Assembly: GCA_023334545.1 (NCBI GenBank)
Contig: JAADVB010000098.1
Coordinates: forward strand, 1-60,754
Direction of reading: 5' to 3'
Length of the DNA: 60,754 bases
Source: Salisapilia sapeloensis CBS 127946
Lineage: Eukaryota > Protista > Oomycota
Below are positions 1 through 10,900 of the stretch, in pieces. The position numbers and the translations under genes were made by a program. Below the pieces are notes generated by a model. That model searched no databases. It worked only from the letters and a program-made list of their open reading frames with translations, and had not been told where the DNA came from. Each line of letters starts with the position of its first letter. The first letter of the stretch is position 1.

Positions 1-613
1 CCAGCACTCCATCCTTCATCGACACTTTGGCCTTCCATACATGGATCCAAGTGATGAGCAATAACACTTCAGTTTTAAATGGGGCCGTACCCATGGAGCC
101 CGGCGATTACCTGGCTTCGGCTTGGAGATCGTTTCAAAGGTTCAAGTTTACTTAATGGGTAATGTGGAGGTATGTATTATTATTTATTAATTTTTTTGTA
201 CATACTAAATGCAGTGGACGATGTAGTTGCCAAGCAGAGTGGCTCCAGTTGTGATGTCACTTTACTGGAACGTACTAAATATCTCGTAATATTATACGAC
301 TAGTAGCTATATTTATGCCAGCACAGTGTTCTTGCCTACTTTTACTTTGCTGGGGCAGTGCATGCACGCGCTTTCGATTGTATCCCAAGCTAACCCCAAT
401 TCGCCTTTCCAAGCTTCGAATAATCACTTCTGGCACACGAACGACTCAGTCCTATACCCTGCTTCTAACTTCAAGTTCGACCATCAACTAAGCATACATA
501 ATCCAAGTCAAATAAGGCGGAATGCGCAAACACGCCATCCAACGTATCTCCTCGCGGCATCAGATCATTTTACCAATTGCTACGTCGATCGCACCACCGG
601 AAGTTGAGCAGCG

Positions 614-2740
614 ATGGCAAGCGACAAACCGCCGATGAACGTCGTTGAAAAGATTCTCTGTCACCATGCAGTAGGCCTCACGCAACCGTTTGTGCGTGTC
701 GGTGACATTGTGTGTGTCAAAGCCGACTGGACGGTCGCATCCGAGCTCACGTTCCAAGCCATGGACACCATGCATCGCGCCATCGGCCAGCCGCCGTTGC
801 ACCGACCGGATCGGTTCTGGCTCGCCCTTGACCACACGACTGACCCTCGTGTCAATGACAAACCCAAGCAAAAAGCACTCATCGACGCATCCACGAACTT
901 TGCACAAACCCACGGCTTGTCCGACTTTTGGGGCCCTAACACGACCATCATGCACACGGAGTTTGCTCGGAAACGTGCTCAGCCAGGCCAGATTGTCATT
1001 GGAGCCGATAGCCACACGTGCAGTGCTGGTGGCATGGGCTCCTTTGCTGCGGGTCTTGGCGCCGGAGACGTCGTCATGCCACTCGTGACGGGTCAGACGT
1101 GGTTCAAAGTGCCGGAAGTTGTCTTCATTGAGTTCGTCGGTACGCCAAACTTTGGTATTGGTGGCAAAGACGTCATTCTCCACATCCTCGGAGAGCTCAA
1201 GCGAAATACGGTGGCGTTCGAGCGATGCGTCTACTATGGCGGAGAAGGTCTCAAGTGGTTATCGGACGACGCTCGATTCGCCATTGCAAATATGACAACC
1301 GAGTTTGGTGGTATCGCCGGTGTATTCGAGGCCGATGAGATCACCCAACGTGTCCTCCAATCTCGCGAGTCGCACTATGACGAAGCTCGCTTCTTCCAAG
1401 CTGATCCTGGATGCCAGTACGCTGCCCACCACGTCATCGACCTGTCCATCGTCAAGCCACTGGTCGCTCTGTACCCTTCGCCTGACAACTGTGTCCCTGT
1501 CACGGAGAAGCTCGGGATGCAGCTGGACGGATGCTTCATCGGCGCTTGCACAACGACGCAAGAAGACTTGATCCTCGGCGCCATGGTCCTCCAGCAAGCC
1601 ATGATGGAGGGCAAGCGTCCGGTGGCTAAGGGTCATCGTCGTGTGACGCCAGGATCGCTCGAAATCATCGCGAAGCTCAAGGACCTAGGGTTTATCCGCG
1701 TGTACGAAGAAGCTGGCTTCACCGTCGGTGCGCCTTCCTGCAGCTACTGTGTCGGCATCGGTGCTGACGTTGCTGGCGAAGGAGAGGTGTGGCTGAGCTC
1801 TCAGAACCGAAATTTCCGCAATCGCATGGGTAAAGGCAGTATCGGTAACTTGAGCTCTGCCGCTTGTGTCGCTGCGTCTTCATTCGACATGCAAGTGACG
1901 GACCCGACGGACCTTGTGGCGAAGCTCAGTCGAGAGGACTTTGACCGATACCGTAATTGGCTCGATCCGGAAGACCAGGTGAAGGAAGCGCCGTTCCAAT
2001 ACAGCGACCCGGAACCAGTGCTTGCTGGTGAAGGCTCTGCAGAAGCTGAAGACGCGACGCAACAGGCTAATGTCGCGGAGATGGAGGCGTCGCTTCCACC
2101 CAAGTTCAGTGGCAAAGTGCAAAAGTTCGGTGATAACATCGACACTGATGCTGTCATCCCGGCACAGTTTATGGGTCTAAACAAGACGTCTCCTCTGTGG
2201 CCGGAAGGGTGTGAGACGGAGGAAGAGGTGCTTGGAAGCAAGGCATTTGCATACGTCAAGCCTGAATTCGCGGATAAAGTAAAAGAAGGGTTCAACATCA
2301 TTGTGGCTGGCACTGCATTCGGCAGTGGTTCGTCACGAGAGGAAGCTGCTATTTCCCTCAAGGCATGCGGTGTCCAAGCTGTGATTGCCAAGTCGTTTGC
2401 GTACATCTACTCTCGTAACCAGCCGAACAATGCCTTGTTGGGTATTGTCGTGACGGATGAAAAGTTCCATGAGCTGGCACAGGAAGGAGAAGAGGTGTGT
2501 GTGGATGTTCGCAATCGATGTGTGAGCGTTGGGGACCACTTTGTCCCGTTCTCTCTGACGCAAGTGGAAGAAAACTTTTTGAATGGTGGTGGCCTCAAGT
2601 CACTCTTCCGCAAGTACAAGGCGGATTTGTTCCGAGCAGCAATGAAAGGCAAGGCGCCAAAACCGATTTCGACTCCGGATGTCGGATGTGGAAGCGGATG
2701 TGGAACTGGTGCAGGTGATAAGGATGATGTGTCGTGGTAG
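614..2740 (+). CDS. Aconitase-superfamily dehydratase/isomerase, fused large and small subunits (LeuC-LeuD / HacA-HacB type); substrate uncertain
   Basis: 708-aa single-exon ORF. Large-subunit motifs DH, GADSHTC, GGKDVIL and IANMTTEFG; the three [4Fe-4S] Cys lie in FIGACTT and APSCSYCVG, with SQNRNF after them. An acidic linker leads to small-subunit motifs KFGDNIDTDAVIP, FGSGSSREEA and IAKSFAYIYSRN. Confidence 0.9.
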   Translation: MASDKPPMNVVEKILCHHAVGLTQPFVRVGDIVCVKADWTVASELTFQAMDTMHRAIGQPPLHRPDRFWLALDHTTDPRVNDKPKQKALIDASTNFAQTHGLSDFWGPNTTIMHTEFARKRAQPGQIVIGADSHTCSAGGMGSFAAGLGAGDVVMPLVTGQTWFKVPEVVFIEFVGTPNFGIGGKDVILHILGELKRNTVAFERCVYYGGEGLKWLSDDARFAIANMTTEFGGIAGVFEADEITQRVLQSRESHYDEARFFQADPGCQYAAHHVIDLSIVKPLVALYPSPDNCVPVTEKLGMQLDGCFIGACTTTQEDLILGAMVLQQAMMEGKRPVAKGHRRVTPGSLEIIAKLKDLGFIRVYEEAGFTVGAPSCSYCVGIGADVAGEGEVWLSSQNRNFRNRMGKGSIGNLSSAACVAASSFDMQVTDPTDLVAKLSREDFDRYRNWLDPEDQVKEAPFQYSDPEPVLAGEGSAEAEDATQQANVAEMEASLPPKFSGKVQKFGDNIDTDAVIPAQFMGLNKTSPLWPEGCETEEEVLGSKAFAYVKPEFADKVKEGFNIIVAGTAFGSGSSREEAAISLKACGVQAVIAKSFAYIYSRNQPNNALLGIVVTDEKFHELAQEGEEVCVDVRNRCVSVGDHFVPFSLTQVEENFLNGGGLKSLFRKYKADLFRAAMKGKAPKPISTPDVGCGSGCGTGAGDKDDVSW

Positions 2741-2801
2741 AAACCGTTTATAGATAAACAAGATGGAATACAAGACAGAATGTGCATGCATTAGAATGTT
2801 G

Positions 2802-5800
2802 TTAAACGTATGCAGGAATGGTTGAACTGTTGGAAGTACTGGGCGTAGGGAGATGACAGCTACTCCGACGACGGCGGTGGATGCGTATTCGATAGGCCCG
2901 AAAGAGAGCTTGGATCCGAACAGCCTGCATATGGCGATGTACAAAGTCTCGGATCACAAGTTCGTCTACTTTTCCCTCGACAGTACGACAGCGCGGTTGA
3001 ACAAGTCGAGATACGACGACGTATAGGACGTCTTGAAAGCGAAGAACGTTTTGCAAAATCTGTCTTCGCTTTGACTTTTGGTGGCGATACGCTATTTCAC
3101 TCAGTCTTCCTTGTATGTCGTAAAAGCATTGCATTCGCGTACGTTGAGCGACGGCATAAGTGTCTGCTTTATTTTCCGTCGTTGGTGCGTTTCTCGTTGT
3201 AGCAGCCAAAGTATCTTGATAGCTTCCAATGCCAAGTGGAGCGTCTAACTGGATTAATAGCGGTAGTAGTTGTTTTCTATGAATGTAGCCGATAGCGTCC
3301 GGATCAAAGTTTCTCCACATACGGGTAAACGTCTTGAAATGGAAACTTGAGCAACCGACGAGATATTCAAAATGGCTTAGATCCACACTCGAGGTGGATT
3401 CTTGCATGAAGCTGTCAACAATCGTCGCGAGGTACAAGTACCGGAGTACGAGCAGAACGAGAATATAAAAAGAACCAAATACTATTGGAGTGATGGCTGG
3501 TGCACCACAATCGCCCTGATGGCTTGCAGTCCAGAGAACACATGAAGGCGGATGTGTGCTAGCGCCTTGGAGTAAGGAAAGCCATTTTTCACCTGATGCA
3601 GCTTGAAACGATGCCGCGAATGCATTTGGAAACGTCGCAAAATTAGTGCCTTCATGAATACCATCAGTCCATTTCGTCTGTGCATATAGCTGCATGCCAA
3701 TCGTGGCAAATAGGAAGAGAACGTAGCTGAGCAAAAGACTAACTTTGAATAGTTCTTTTCTTGAAATTTTGAGCGTCTTGCAAAGCACGTGGAAATCGAG
3801 GTTACCACGAAAGAGTTTGAAGATGCTAGGCGAAAGGAGCATTCGCACAAGCCCAACAACTCTGACCCACTTTTCTCCTGCGAAGTGAGACCCAGTCAGC
3901 ATGATTATAGCTAAAAGCATCCTGAACTGATGTTTTCCAATTCGACGAGAACAGAATGCCGTCCATCCGACAGCCGTCGCATGCATGGTTGTTTCGGCAA
4001 AATATAGCAGCGCAAAGGTGTAGTGAATACGAGCAAGAGAAGGGGACGAAGAGAGCTTTGGGTTGTAAAGAAGGGCGAGGAATATTGCGTGCAATGCAGG
4101 TACCACCTTGACGCCTATTTTCCAGAGGTTGGACTGGACGACACTCCTCGCTGTAGACGCATAAATGGTCGAAGGCTCACGACAGAGAGGCCTAAAGCGA
4201 GCGAGTTCACGTTGTACCCGGTACCACACCAGCTGGGCTCGAGTTAGAAGCTGCTTTCCGTTATGGCAACGAAAGTTATTCACAATGACGCCTGCAAATG
4301 CATTTAAAATGAAGAAATGACCTGCGAATTTAATTGCTAGCAATACTACAGCACTTTCTCCTGCAGTGTCATCTGGCATGTTGTTTGTGAACAAGAGAAC
4401 GCTAGTAGAAGTCATTGCATGCATAAAGTCATGGAAATCCCCACCAGCAGAATATCCCCAAACTCTCGGTACTAGCATTCCACTCTCGGTAGCGAAATAT
4501 ACACCAACGCAATCTTCGAAAGAGGAAGTGAGTGGGTCATTACACATAGCAAGATTGGACGAAAGACACTTCCTCAAGATTGCTGCAAAAAAGAACACCA
4601 CCAACAGCGTCAAGAGCAAGCCACAAATAATCTGCTTCGTCGAGTGTAGTAGTGCCTTTGTAATTACGCGGAATGTTTTCACTCGATAAAACACTCGAAC
4701 CGGTCCTAATGCTCTGCCTAGTACGAACAAGGTTGCCATCGTTGATTTTGGTAGCAGCAACAATAAGCTGCAAGCCAACAGTCCAAGCATGTTTAATTGA
4801 TTCCAACGATCTGATAAGTAGCTATTCGGCGTGAACAAAAATCCTTGCGCCACCACTTTAACCGCAAATTCAAATAATAATACACCAGCGAATGCGACTT
4901 CGCTCGCTCGGGTAAGCTGCTGAATTGTTGAGGAGTACAGCGGACTTTCAAGTGTGAGCAAGATGGTTCGAATGACAATAACTACAAATATGAATGTTTC
5001 GCTAGACTTTTCAAGTTCTCGGCATCGACGTCTGAAGCGAGAATTTCGAGGAAATAGAAATAGTGACACGTCGGTACTTGAACATTTACATGCTAGAATG
5101 AGCTTGCTGTGGAGTATCGTGAACAAGTGCATGGTAGACACAGAGGTAGTTTCTGCTGTATCTGATGCCTTACAACGCGCTGACGTGAAACTGGGTTTAT
5201 TCTGCAGTCGGGAATATGCCTCGTGTTTCTCACAACGACCGATGAACTTCTTCGGAGTTGCTTCAATCTTTTTCTCCATTTTCATATTAACTGGCATTAC
5301 AGATTTTAATAGAGTTTTCTCCTTGTAGCCTGTTACTTTGTTCGTACTATTAAAGACAAAAGGGGCGGTGGAATACGTTATGTCTTCTTTCTGATAGAGG
5401 GAAGCGAAATCATGTAGAAATTGGAAGGTTTCAAACCGATACACTCGCTGCATGTATCGCATTCGCTTTGTAAACAGGTTGGCCATTGTTTGACGCTTCT
5501 CATCCGACTTCATAATAAAGTTTGTCTGGACAACGACAAGCATTGTGGCTGCGATTGTCCAGACACCAAACATAAAGTAAGTGATAAAGAAGACTGTGCC
5601 AAAGACTATTCCACCAGTGTCCAATGCATGTGGTATAATTTCCAATGTTTCTACACCAACTGATACTTTGAGAAGAGATATCATAGCTTCGCCCAACGTA
5701 CTAAAATGACCATTGACGATGGTGGCTGTATAATGCAACCAAGTCTGGCCGATCACGGCGAATATGACCGTAAACGCCGTATACAACAGGACGCAGCTGA

Positions 5801-7787
5801 AAAGCGTACGAGAACTGGCGTACAGAGCGTCAATGGTTCGTGCGAGAGCGCTGTGCTTTCTAGACTTTGAAAATGAGTTTAGCAACTGAAACAAGCGCAG
5901 TCCATACATTATCTGCGCGTATTTTGCATGCCCTGGTGCATTTGGTATCACTTTTAAAATTTCCAATAAGTTCATACATAATGCTATAAAGCAAAATGGA
6001 TTCCAAGAAGACTTCATGTAACTCGCTAGGCCATTTGAAGCTGCACAAACAATTACAAATTCAGTCATGAATACAATCATGCTACCGATATACATTGTTG
6101 GTAGTACAATGGATGTAGTGTTGCGTTGCAGCCAATCTTCAAAGGTGACAATAAACACATTGACAAGAATACTCGTAGCGATAAGATGCTGAAACAGAGC
6201 TGTTCTGCAAACTAACTGGCAGCATTTAGCCATAGTTTCTTTGTGGTATTTGAAGACGCGACAACAATAGCAAGACCAACCCGTAGATTCGTCATAATTG
6301 TTTAAGCTAATTCGAGTCCACCACACTCGCTTCAGGCATGATTGCTTAGCTGAGGTCCAGAATCTATACATTTTTGATATTCCGACTGCCACTATATCTG
6401 GAAATATATCTGTTGATAATGGAAGTGTCCTACGCTTTTGCCTGTATTTTGACCAAGCCAGTTCCCTAGATAAATGCATTTTATCCTTGTAGGATAGTTG
6501 CTTATAAAACGAGTTGCGGACTACCCCAGTAATGAGCGGTATAACAGCGTGAGATAGGAATAATACACCTGCAATGAACATGAGGATACTACTCGAAGAC
6601 CCGATAGATCGAATACTTTCCAGAATGCCGCCGTATCCAGCACCGAGGGTCAATATGAATGTTGTAGCTAGTGCTAATCGAAAACTTTCGAAATTAAGTC
6701 GGGACATCTGCGATTGGGATGTTGAAAGACATCTACTGCTTTCACTGCAAAAGGATTGGATCGACGGCTTGCAGATCTTACGGGGAAGCATTGAGCGGTC
6801 GCTAAGATTACCACTGATTAAATTAGGGTAAATTTTGCATTCAAATGTAAACAGGTCATCGAAGAGATAAAGGTAGATGGTTCCAAAGATCAGGAGATAG
6901 TACAAATACAGTGCAAGGGTCTTGAGAAGGTTTGGAAGTGACCTTGCATAAGTATCAATAACAGTGCGATACGACTTACCGCAATTCAAGTTGAACAGAT
7001 AGTGAACCAAACGGAGTGGTAATATGTTCAATCCAACTGAACTGCATACCACAATAAGAACATGGAAGCTGCGCCAACGACAATAAAGTGTCCGTCTGAA
7101 ACTTTCCATCGCGATGTATGACACTATGTGTTCAAATCCAAGTAGGATAAGCAGATAATAGCTCATAAACGTTACCCCTTCTTGTATATCTGCAATCCTT
7201 ACAACGAAGTCGATTATAAAAGACAAGAGGATCAAGTGATGGAAACTTGGGTGGTTGAGTAGCTGGAAGCATTTTATCGAATAGTCGTTAAACGAATCGT
7301 CAAGATCCGTCTCTGCTGCGCCGTCAGTATTTACAAGATGAGAAAACCTTGTAAGGAAATTTATTGCCGCATCTCTGTCTTCTTTCGAGGCAAATTCAAA
7401 GTCAAATGACTTCGATAGAATCGATGATCTTTCTATGATGCCTGTACCGGAAATAAAAATTGATAAACACTTCGCGTCATTTTCAAGTGCCTCGGACGGC
7501 TGTATGTACTTCAAAGTGCGTACAAAGTTCCTTGATTGACGACCAATACGAATATGATTAATATCCTTCAAACAAATTTCTTCTGCACGCTTAAAGCCAA
7601 AGCAAAGCATCATCTCAGATGACTTCCACCGAAGTATTTGATTCTCACTGCAGAGGATGAGTCGACCTCGAATTGGGGGACCTCTCTCACCATGGTAAGA
7701 CGCCAGTACACTTCCTTCAAGTAGTCGGCCTCGAAACAATGGATTTGGTACTGCATTCACATCCACTTCCGTGCTAGTATTAGTCAT
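2802..7787 (-). CDS. Divergent four-repeat (4x6TM) voltage-gated Ca2+/Na+ channel-like protein with an N-terminal PH-like domain and C-terminal EF-hand-like and IQ motifs
   Basis: 1661-aa ORF with four hydrophobic clusters. Each has a pore-helix-like segment (LNFESFRLALATTF, HFSTLGEAMISLL, DFHDFMHAMTS, NFATFPNAFAASFQAASGEKW). Repeat III carries the Cys-rich loop (CND...DCVG...F.DF). C-tail has WRNFDPDAIGYI and an IQ motif, IQALFRAYRIR. Confidence 0.8.
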   Translation of the reverse strand: MTNTSTEVDVNAVPNPLFRGRLLEGSVLASYHGERGPPIRGRLILCSENQILRWKSSEMMLCFGFKRAEEICLKDINHIRIGRQSRNFVRTLKYIQPSEALENDAKCLSIFISGTGIIERSSILSKSFDFEFASKEDRDAAINFLTRFSHLVNTDGAAETDLDDSFNDYSIKCFQLLNHPSFHHLILLSFIIDFVVRIADIQEGVTFMSYYLLILLGFEHIVSYIAMESFRRTLYCRWRSFHVLIVVCSSVGLNILPLRLVHYLFNLNCGKSYRTVIDTYARSLPNLLKTLALYLYYLLIFGTIYLYLFDDLFTFECKIYPNLISGNLSDRSMLPRKICKPSIQSFCSESSRCLSTSQSQMSRLNFESFRLALATTFILTLGAGYGGILESIRSIGSSSSILMFIAGVLFLSHAVIPLITGVVRNSFYKQLSYKDKMHLSRELAWSKYRQKRRTLPLSTDIFPDIVAVGISKMYRFWTSAKQSCLKRVWWTRISLNNYDESTGWSCYCCRVFKYHKETMAKCCQLVCRTALFQHLIATSILVNVFIVTFEDWLQRNTTSIVLPTMYIGSMIVFMTEFVIVCAASNGLASYMKSSWNPFCFIALCMNLLEILKVIPNAPGHAKYAQIMYGLRLFQLLNSFSKSRKHSALARTIDALYASSRTLFSCVLLYTAFTVIFAVIGQTWLHYTATIVNGHFSTLGEAMISLLKVSVGVETLEIIPHALDTGGIVFGTVFFITYFMFGVWTIAATMLVVVQTNFIMKSDEKRQTMANLFTKRMRYMQRVYRFETFQFLHDFASLYQKEDITYSTAPFVFNSTNKVTGYKEKTLLKSVMPVNMKMEKKIEATPKKFIGRCEKHEAYSRLQNKPSFTSARCKASDTAETTSVSTMHLFTILHSKLILACKCSSTDVSLFLFPRNSRFRRRCRELEKSSETFIFVVIVIRTILLTLESPLYSSTIQQLTRASEVAFAGVLLFEFAVKVVAQGFLFTPNSYLSDRWNQLNMLGLLACSLLLLLPKSTMATLFVLGRALGPVRVFYRVKTFRVITKALLHSTKQIICGLLLTLLVVFFFAAILRKCLSSNLAMCNDPLTSSFEDCVGVYFATESGMLVPRVWGYSAGGDFHDFMHAMTSTSVLLFTNNMPDDTAGESAVVLLAIKFAGHFFILNAFAGVIVNNFRCHNGKQLLTRAQLVWYRVQRELARFRPLCREPSTIYASTARSVVQSNLWKIGVKVVPALHAIFLALLYNPKLSSSPSLARIHYTFALLYFAETTMHATAVGWTAFCSRRIGKHQFRMLLAIIMLTGSHFAGEKWVRVVGLVRMLLSPSIFKLFRGNLDFHVLCKTLKISRKELFKVSLLLSYVLFLFATIGMQLYAQTKWTDGIHEGTNFATFPNAFAASFQAASGEKWLSLLQGASTHPPSCVLWTASHQGDCGAPAITPIVFGSFYILVLLVLRYLYLATIVDSFMQESTSSVDLSHFEYLVGCSSFHFKTFTRMWRNFDPDAIGYIHRKQLLPLLIQLDAPLGIGSYQDTLAATTRNAPTTENKADTYAVAQRTRMQCFYDIQGRLSEIAYRHQKSKRRQILQNVLRFQDVLYVVVSRLVQPRCRTVEGKVDELVIRDFVHRHMQAVRIQALFRAYRIRIHRRRRSSCHLPTPSTSNSSTIPAYV

Positions 7788-7956
7788 ACTCGATTGTGAA
7801 AACGTAAATGCGCTTTGATTCTTTTAATAGAAGCTAGCTACTGCAAGCAGTTAAAATGATACTTGATAATCCGCTTTGAGAAACCTGATCAACAATCGCT
7901 ATAACCGCTTGTCGGATACGTGTCCGTCACCAATTACGCGCAACAAATATTCAAAT

Positions 7957-10900
7957 TTACATAATTGATTCTAGAACTGGTAACTTAATCTCTCTTGCAA
8001 TGGAGAGTTCAGAAAGCAATTGCTTTTGCTGTTCCACCAGGATTTCCACAAGCTGCCGTTCTAGAGTCTTTAGTTCCCCTTCTTTCTCTGCCTTTCGCTT
8101 CCTTAAAGACTCCAACGTTTCTTCGCATCCCTCCTTTTCTTGCTTTTTCTTTTCCATTTGCTCCAAGAGTGCATCAAATTCTTCATTTAACCTTCGTTTC
8201 TTCGCCACAAATGTGCCGCTAATACCGCTGTCCCCACTGTTCTTTGTCGAAGAAGTTGAGCTAGAGCGCATCATTAACTCACGAAGACTTGCCTCTACCT
8301 CTTTTACTTCATGTTGCAATTGACTAATCTCCTCTTCTAAGTGAACCTTTGTTCCCATCACTTCTTCCATTTGCTGATCAACAAGTGACACTTCTTTATG
8401 CAAAACTCCGGAGGCACTTCGATGTGATACAAGTTCATCTCTCTTGTATGTTGTAAGTGTCGTCATCATCGATTCTTCATGGTGCTGCACTTGCTGCATT
8501 GTTCTCTCAAACGCCTCTGCTGCACTCTTCCATCGTGCCTTTTCTTCTTCATAGTGACAAAGATCTGCTTGTCGTTGACTCTCCAGCTCTTGCTTAGCCA
8601 TAGCATACTTTTGCTCGAGCTGAGCGACATCTCGTTTTGCAAACACCATCAGTTTCAGTAGTCGAAGGGCAGCCTGCTTCTTTTCTTTTCTAGTCTCTTC
8701 TTCCGCGTCAAACTGTGTATCTTCAGCTTCTTCGAGGGCTGATCTCAATCTTCCAATCTCTTCCTCTGCCACCAATTTCTGACGTTTTAACTCCTCCATC
8801 GCCTTTTCAACCGAAGAAATAACCCTCTCCGACTCACCCTGAGCCGCTTCAATTGCATCCTCTTTCTCTTGCGTCAATTGCGATTCGAGCTCTTCCAATT
8901 GTGCGATGGCTTGGCGATTCAACGATGTCTTCATCTCAGTCAAACGCTCATGGTAAGTTTTATCTAACTGGCTTTGAAGATCTGCTAGCTTTTCCTGAAG
9001 CTCGGCTGCATGACTTTCCTGCTGGACTTGGAGACGATTCTGGTAGCTAGTGTCCAAATCAACTCGAAGACTTTCAACCTTTTTCTCGTACTCATTGCGC
9101 AAATTCTCTTCAGTTGATGCCAACTGTGCTTTGTAGTTTCCTTGCTCACTTTCGAGCACCAATTGATGTCGAGCTTCGAGCTGTTGGAGTTGATCCACAT
9201 ACGTTTCACGCAACTCTTCTTCTCGGCTAGCAATCTTTTGGGTCCATGCTGCGTTCAGCTCAAGTTCTTGCTTTTTCACCGCTTCAGTCAATTTTGAGTT
9301 TAGCTGTGCTTGATAATTGTTTTCTAGTTCCTTCTTATTTGCTTCTAGCTCGACTCGCATTTTCATTCGATGACGGGTTTCTGCTGATTCCACTGCAGCT
9401 AAAGCCTCCTTCTGGACACTTTCCAGTTCTTCCTTCTGCTTCAATTTGATCTGTGCAGCGGCTCGTTGCCACTCTGCATCCCGATCTTGCAGTCCTCGAT
9501 CGTACTCTCCACGTTTCTCTGCATCAACTCGCTCTTGCAGCTCATCCATTGCACGTTGCCACTTCGCCGCTGTCTGTACTACCGCTGCTTCCTTCTTTTC
9601 CTTCCCTTCTCTACGAGCTTTTTCCACAGCGTCTTGGACTTTTATCTCCATTGCTTCTTTTGTCTCCTTTTGTTGTTCTTCATGTCGAGCGTTAGCTTTT
9701 GCAAGTTGACCCTGCCATTGATCCGTGAGTGCTTGTCTATGGTCATCGAGCTCCTTTTGGTGAAGTGAAACCAACTCGGCGTGTTGCTGGTCAAATTTCT
9801 TTTGAAGAGATAACGTTTCCGCTATGAGGTGTGTCTGTAGATCCTCAGTTACCATGTGAATACGCTCGTCTTCGAGACGATGAAGTTCAGACGTAATCTC
9901 GTCCATTTGGCTCGTATGAGTCTGCTTTGCTTCCTCTAAACGTTTGACTTTAGCCTCCTTTTCCTCTTGAAGTTTCTGCTCGAAATCATCACGTAAACGA
10001 GATAAATCCAGCTTTTGCTTTGTCTCCACTTCATCCAAGAGAGATTGATGCGCTTCTTCCTTCTTTACTAGACACGCCTTCAACTCTTTCACTTCCGACT
10101 CGGCAGCCTCTAATTCAATTCGTAATTGCTGCTGATTGTTTGTCATTGTGCTTGCTATTGTCTCTGACTTTTTCACGTATTCTTCTACTCGCTGCTTTTC
10201 TTGTCTAATCAGCTCGTCGTATTGGGCTTTGATAGCTTCTATTTGCTCTCGGTATCTATTTTCTACTTCCTGCATACATGATTGTTTGTCTTCTTGATGA
10301 GAACTACGCAGCTCATCGCAAGCGGATAAATGTGTTTTAGCCAGGTCCTCCATAGCTACTTCTTTTTCTTCTCGAAGACGATGTAGCATGTTATTGTACT
10401 GTTCATCGAATGTTTCCTTCAGCCGAGCTTCCAATTCTACGACTGTGTTGTCGTGATACGTTCGCCATTTACTACTCGTCTTGGTCGCTACTCTTTGTCT
10501 TTCCAACATGGAGAACGCACGACTGACGGCAATAATTTCCCACTTATACGTTGCTGAAGTAACCAACACAGCAAGTTTCTGCATCGACAAAGTTCGTTGA
10601 TACTTCTTGGTAGTGGCAGAATTTTCGTCTTGTTTCATTTGGATCTGGTTCTGTGCATCAGCAAGGCGACTTATATAAGCTTTACACTCTTCCTCCAATC
10701 TTAACACGCGCACTTTGTTGTCTTCTCCCATAGTCACCAGGGATTTCTTCACACTGTTCAATGCAGCTGACATACGATCACTTGAAGCTTTTGCATTCTT
10801 TCGCTCACTATCGAGTTCTTCCTTTAAGGCATCTAGCTCACTTTGAAGGCTAACGACAAGTATCTTGCTTTTCTCCACTTCATCTTTGTCCAGCACATGC

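Noticed and set aside
1-302. Intron-like GTATGT...GCAG with coding-looking flanks at the window start
   Set aside because: The phases do not join into an open frame and upstream context is missing.
560-2787. Several overlapping ORFs (207, 201, 132, 125 aa) around the aconitase gene
   Set aside because: Alternative-frame or antisense shadows of a well-supported CDS.
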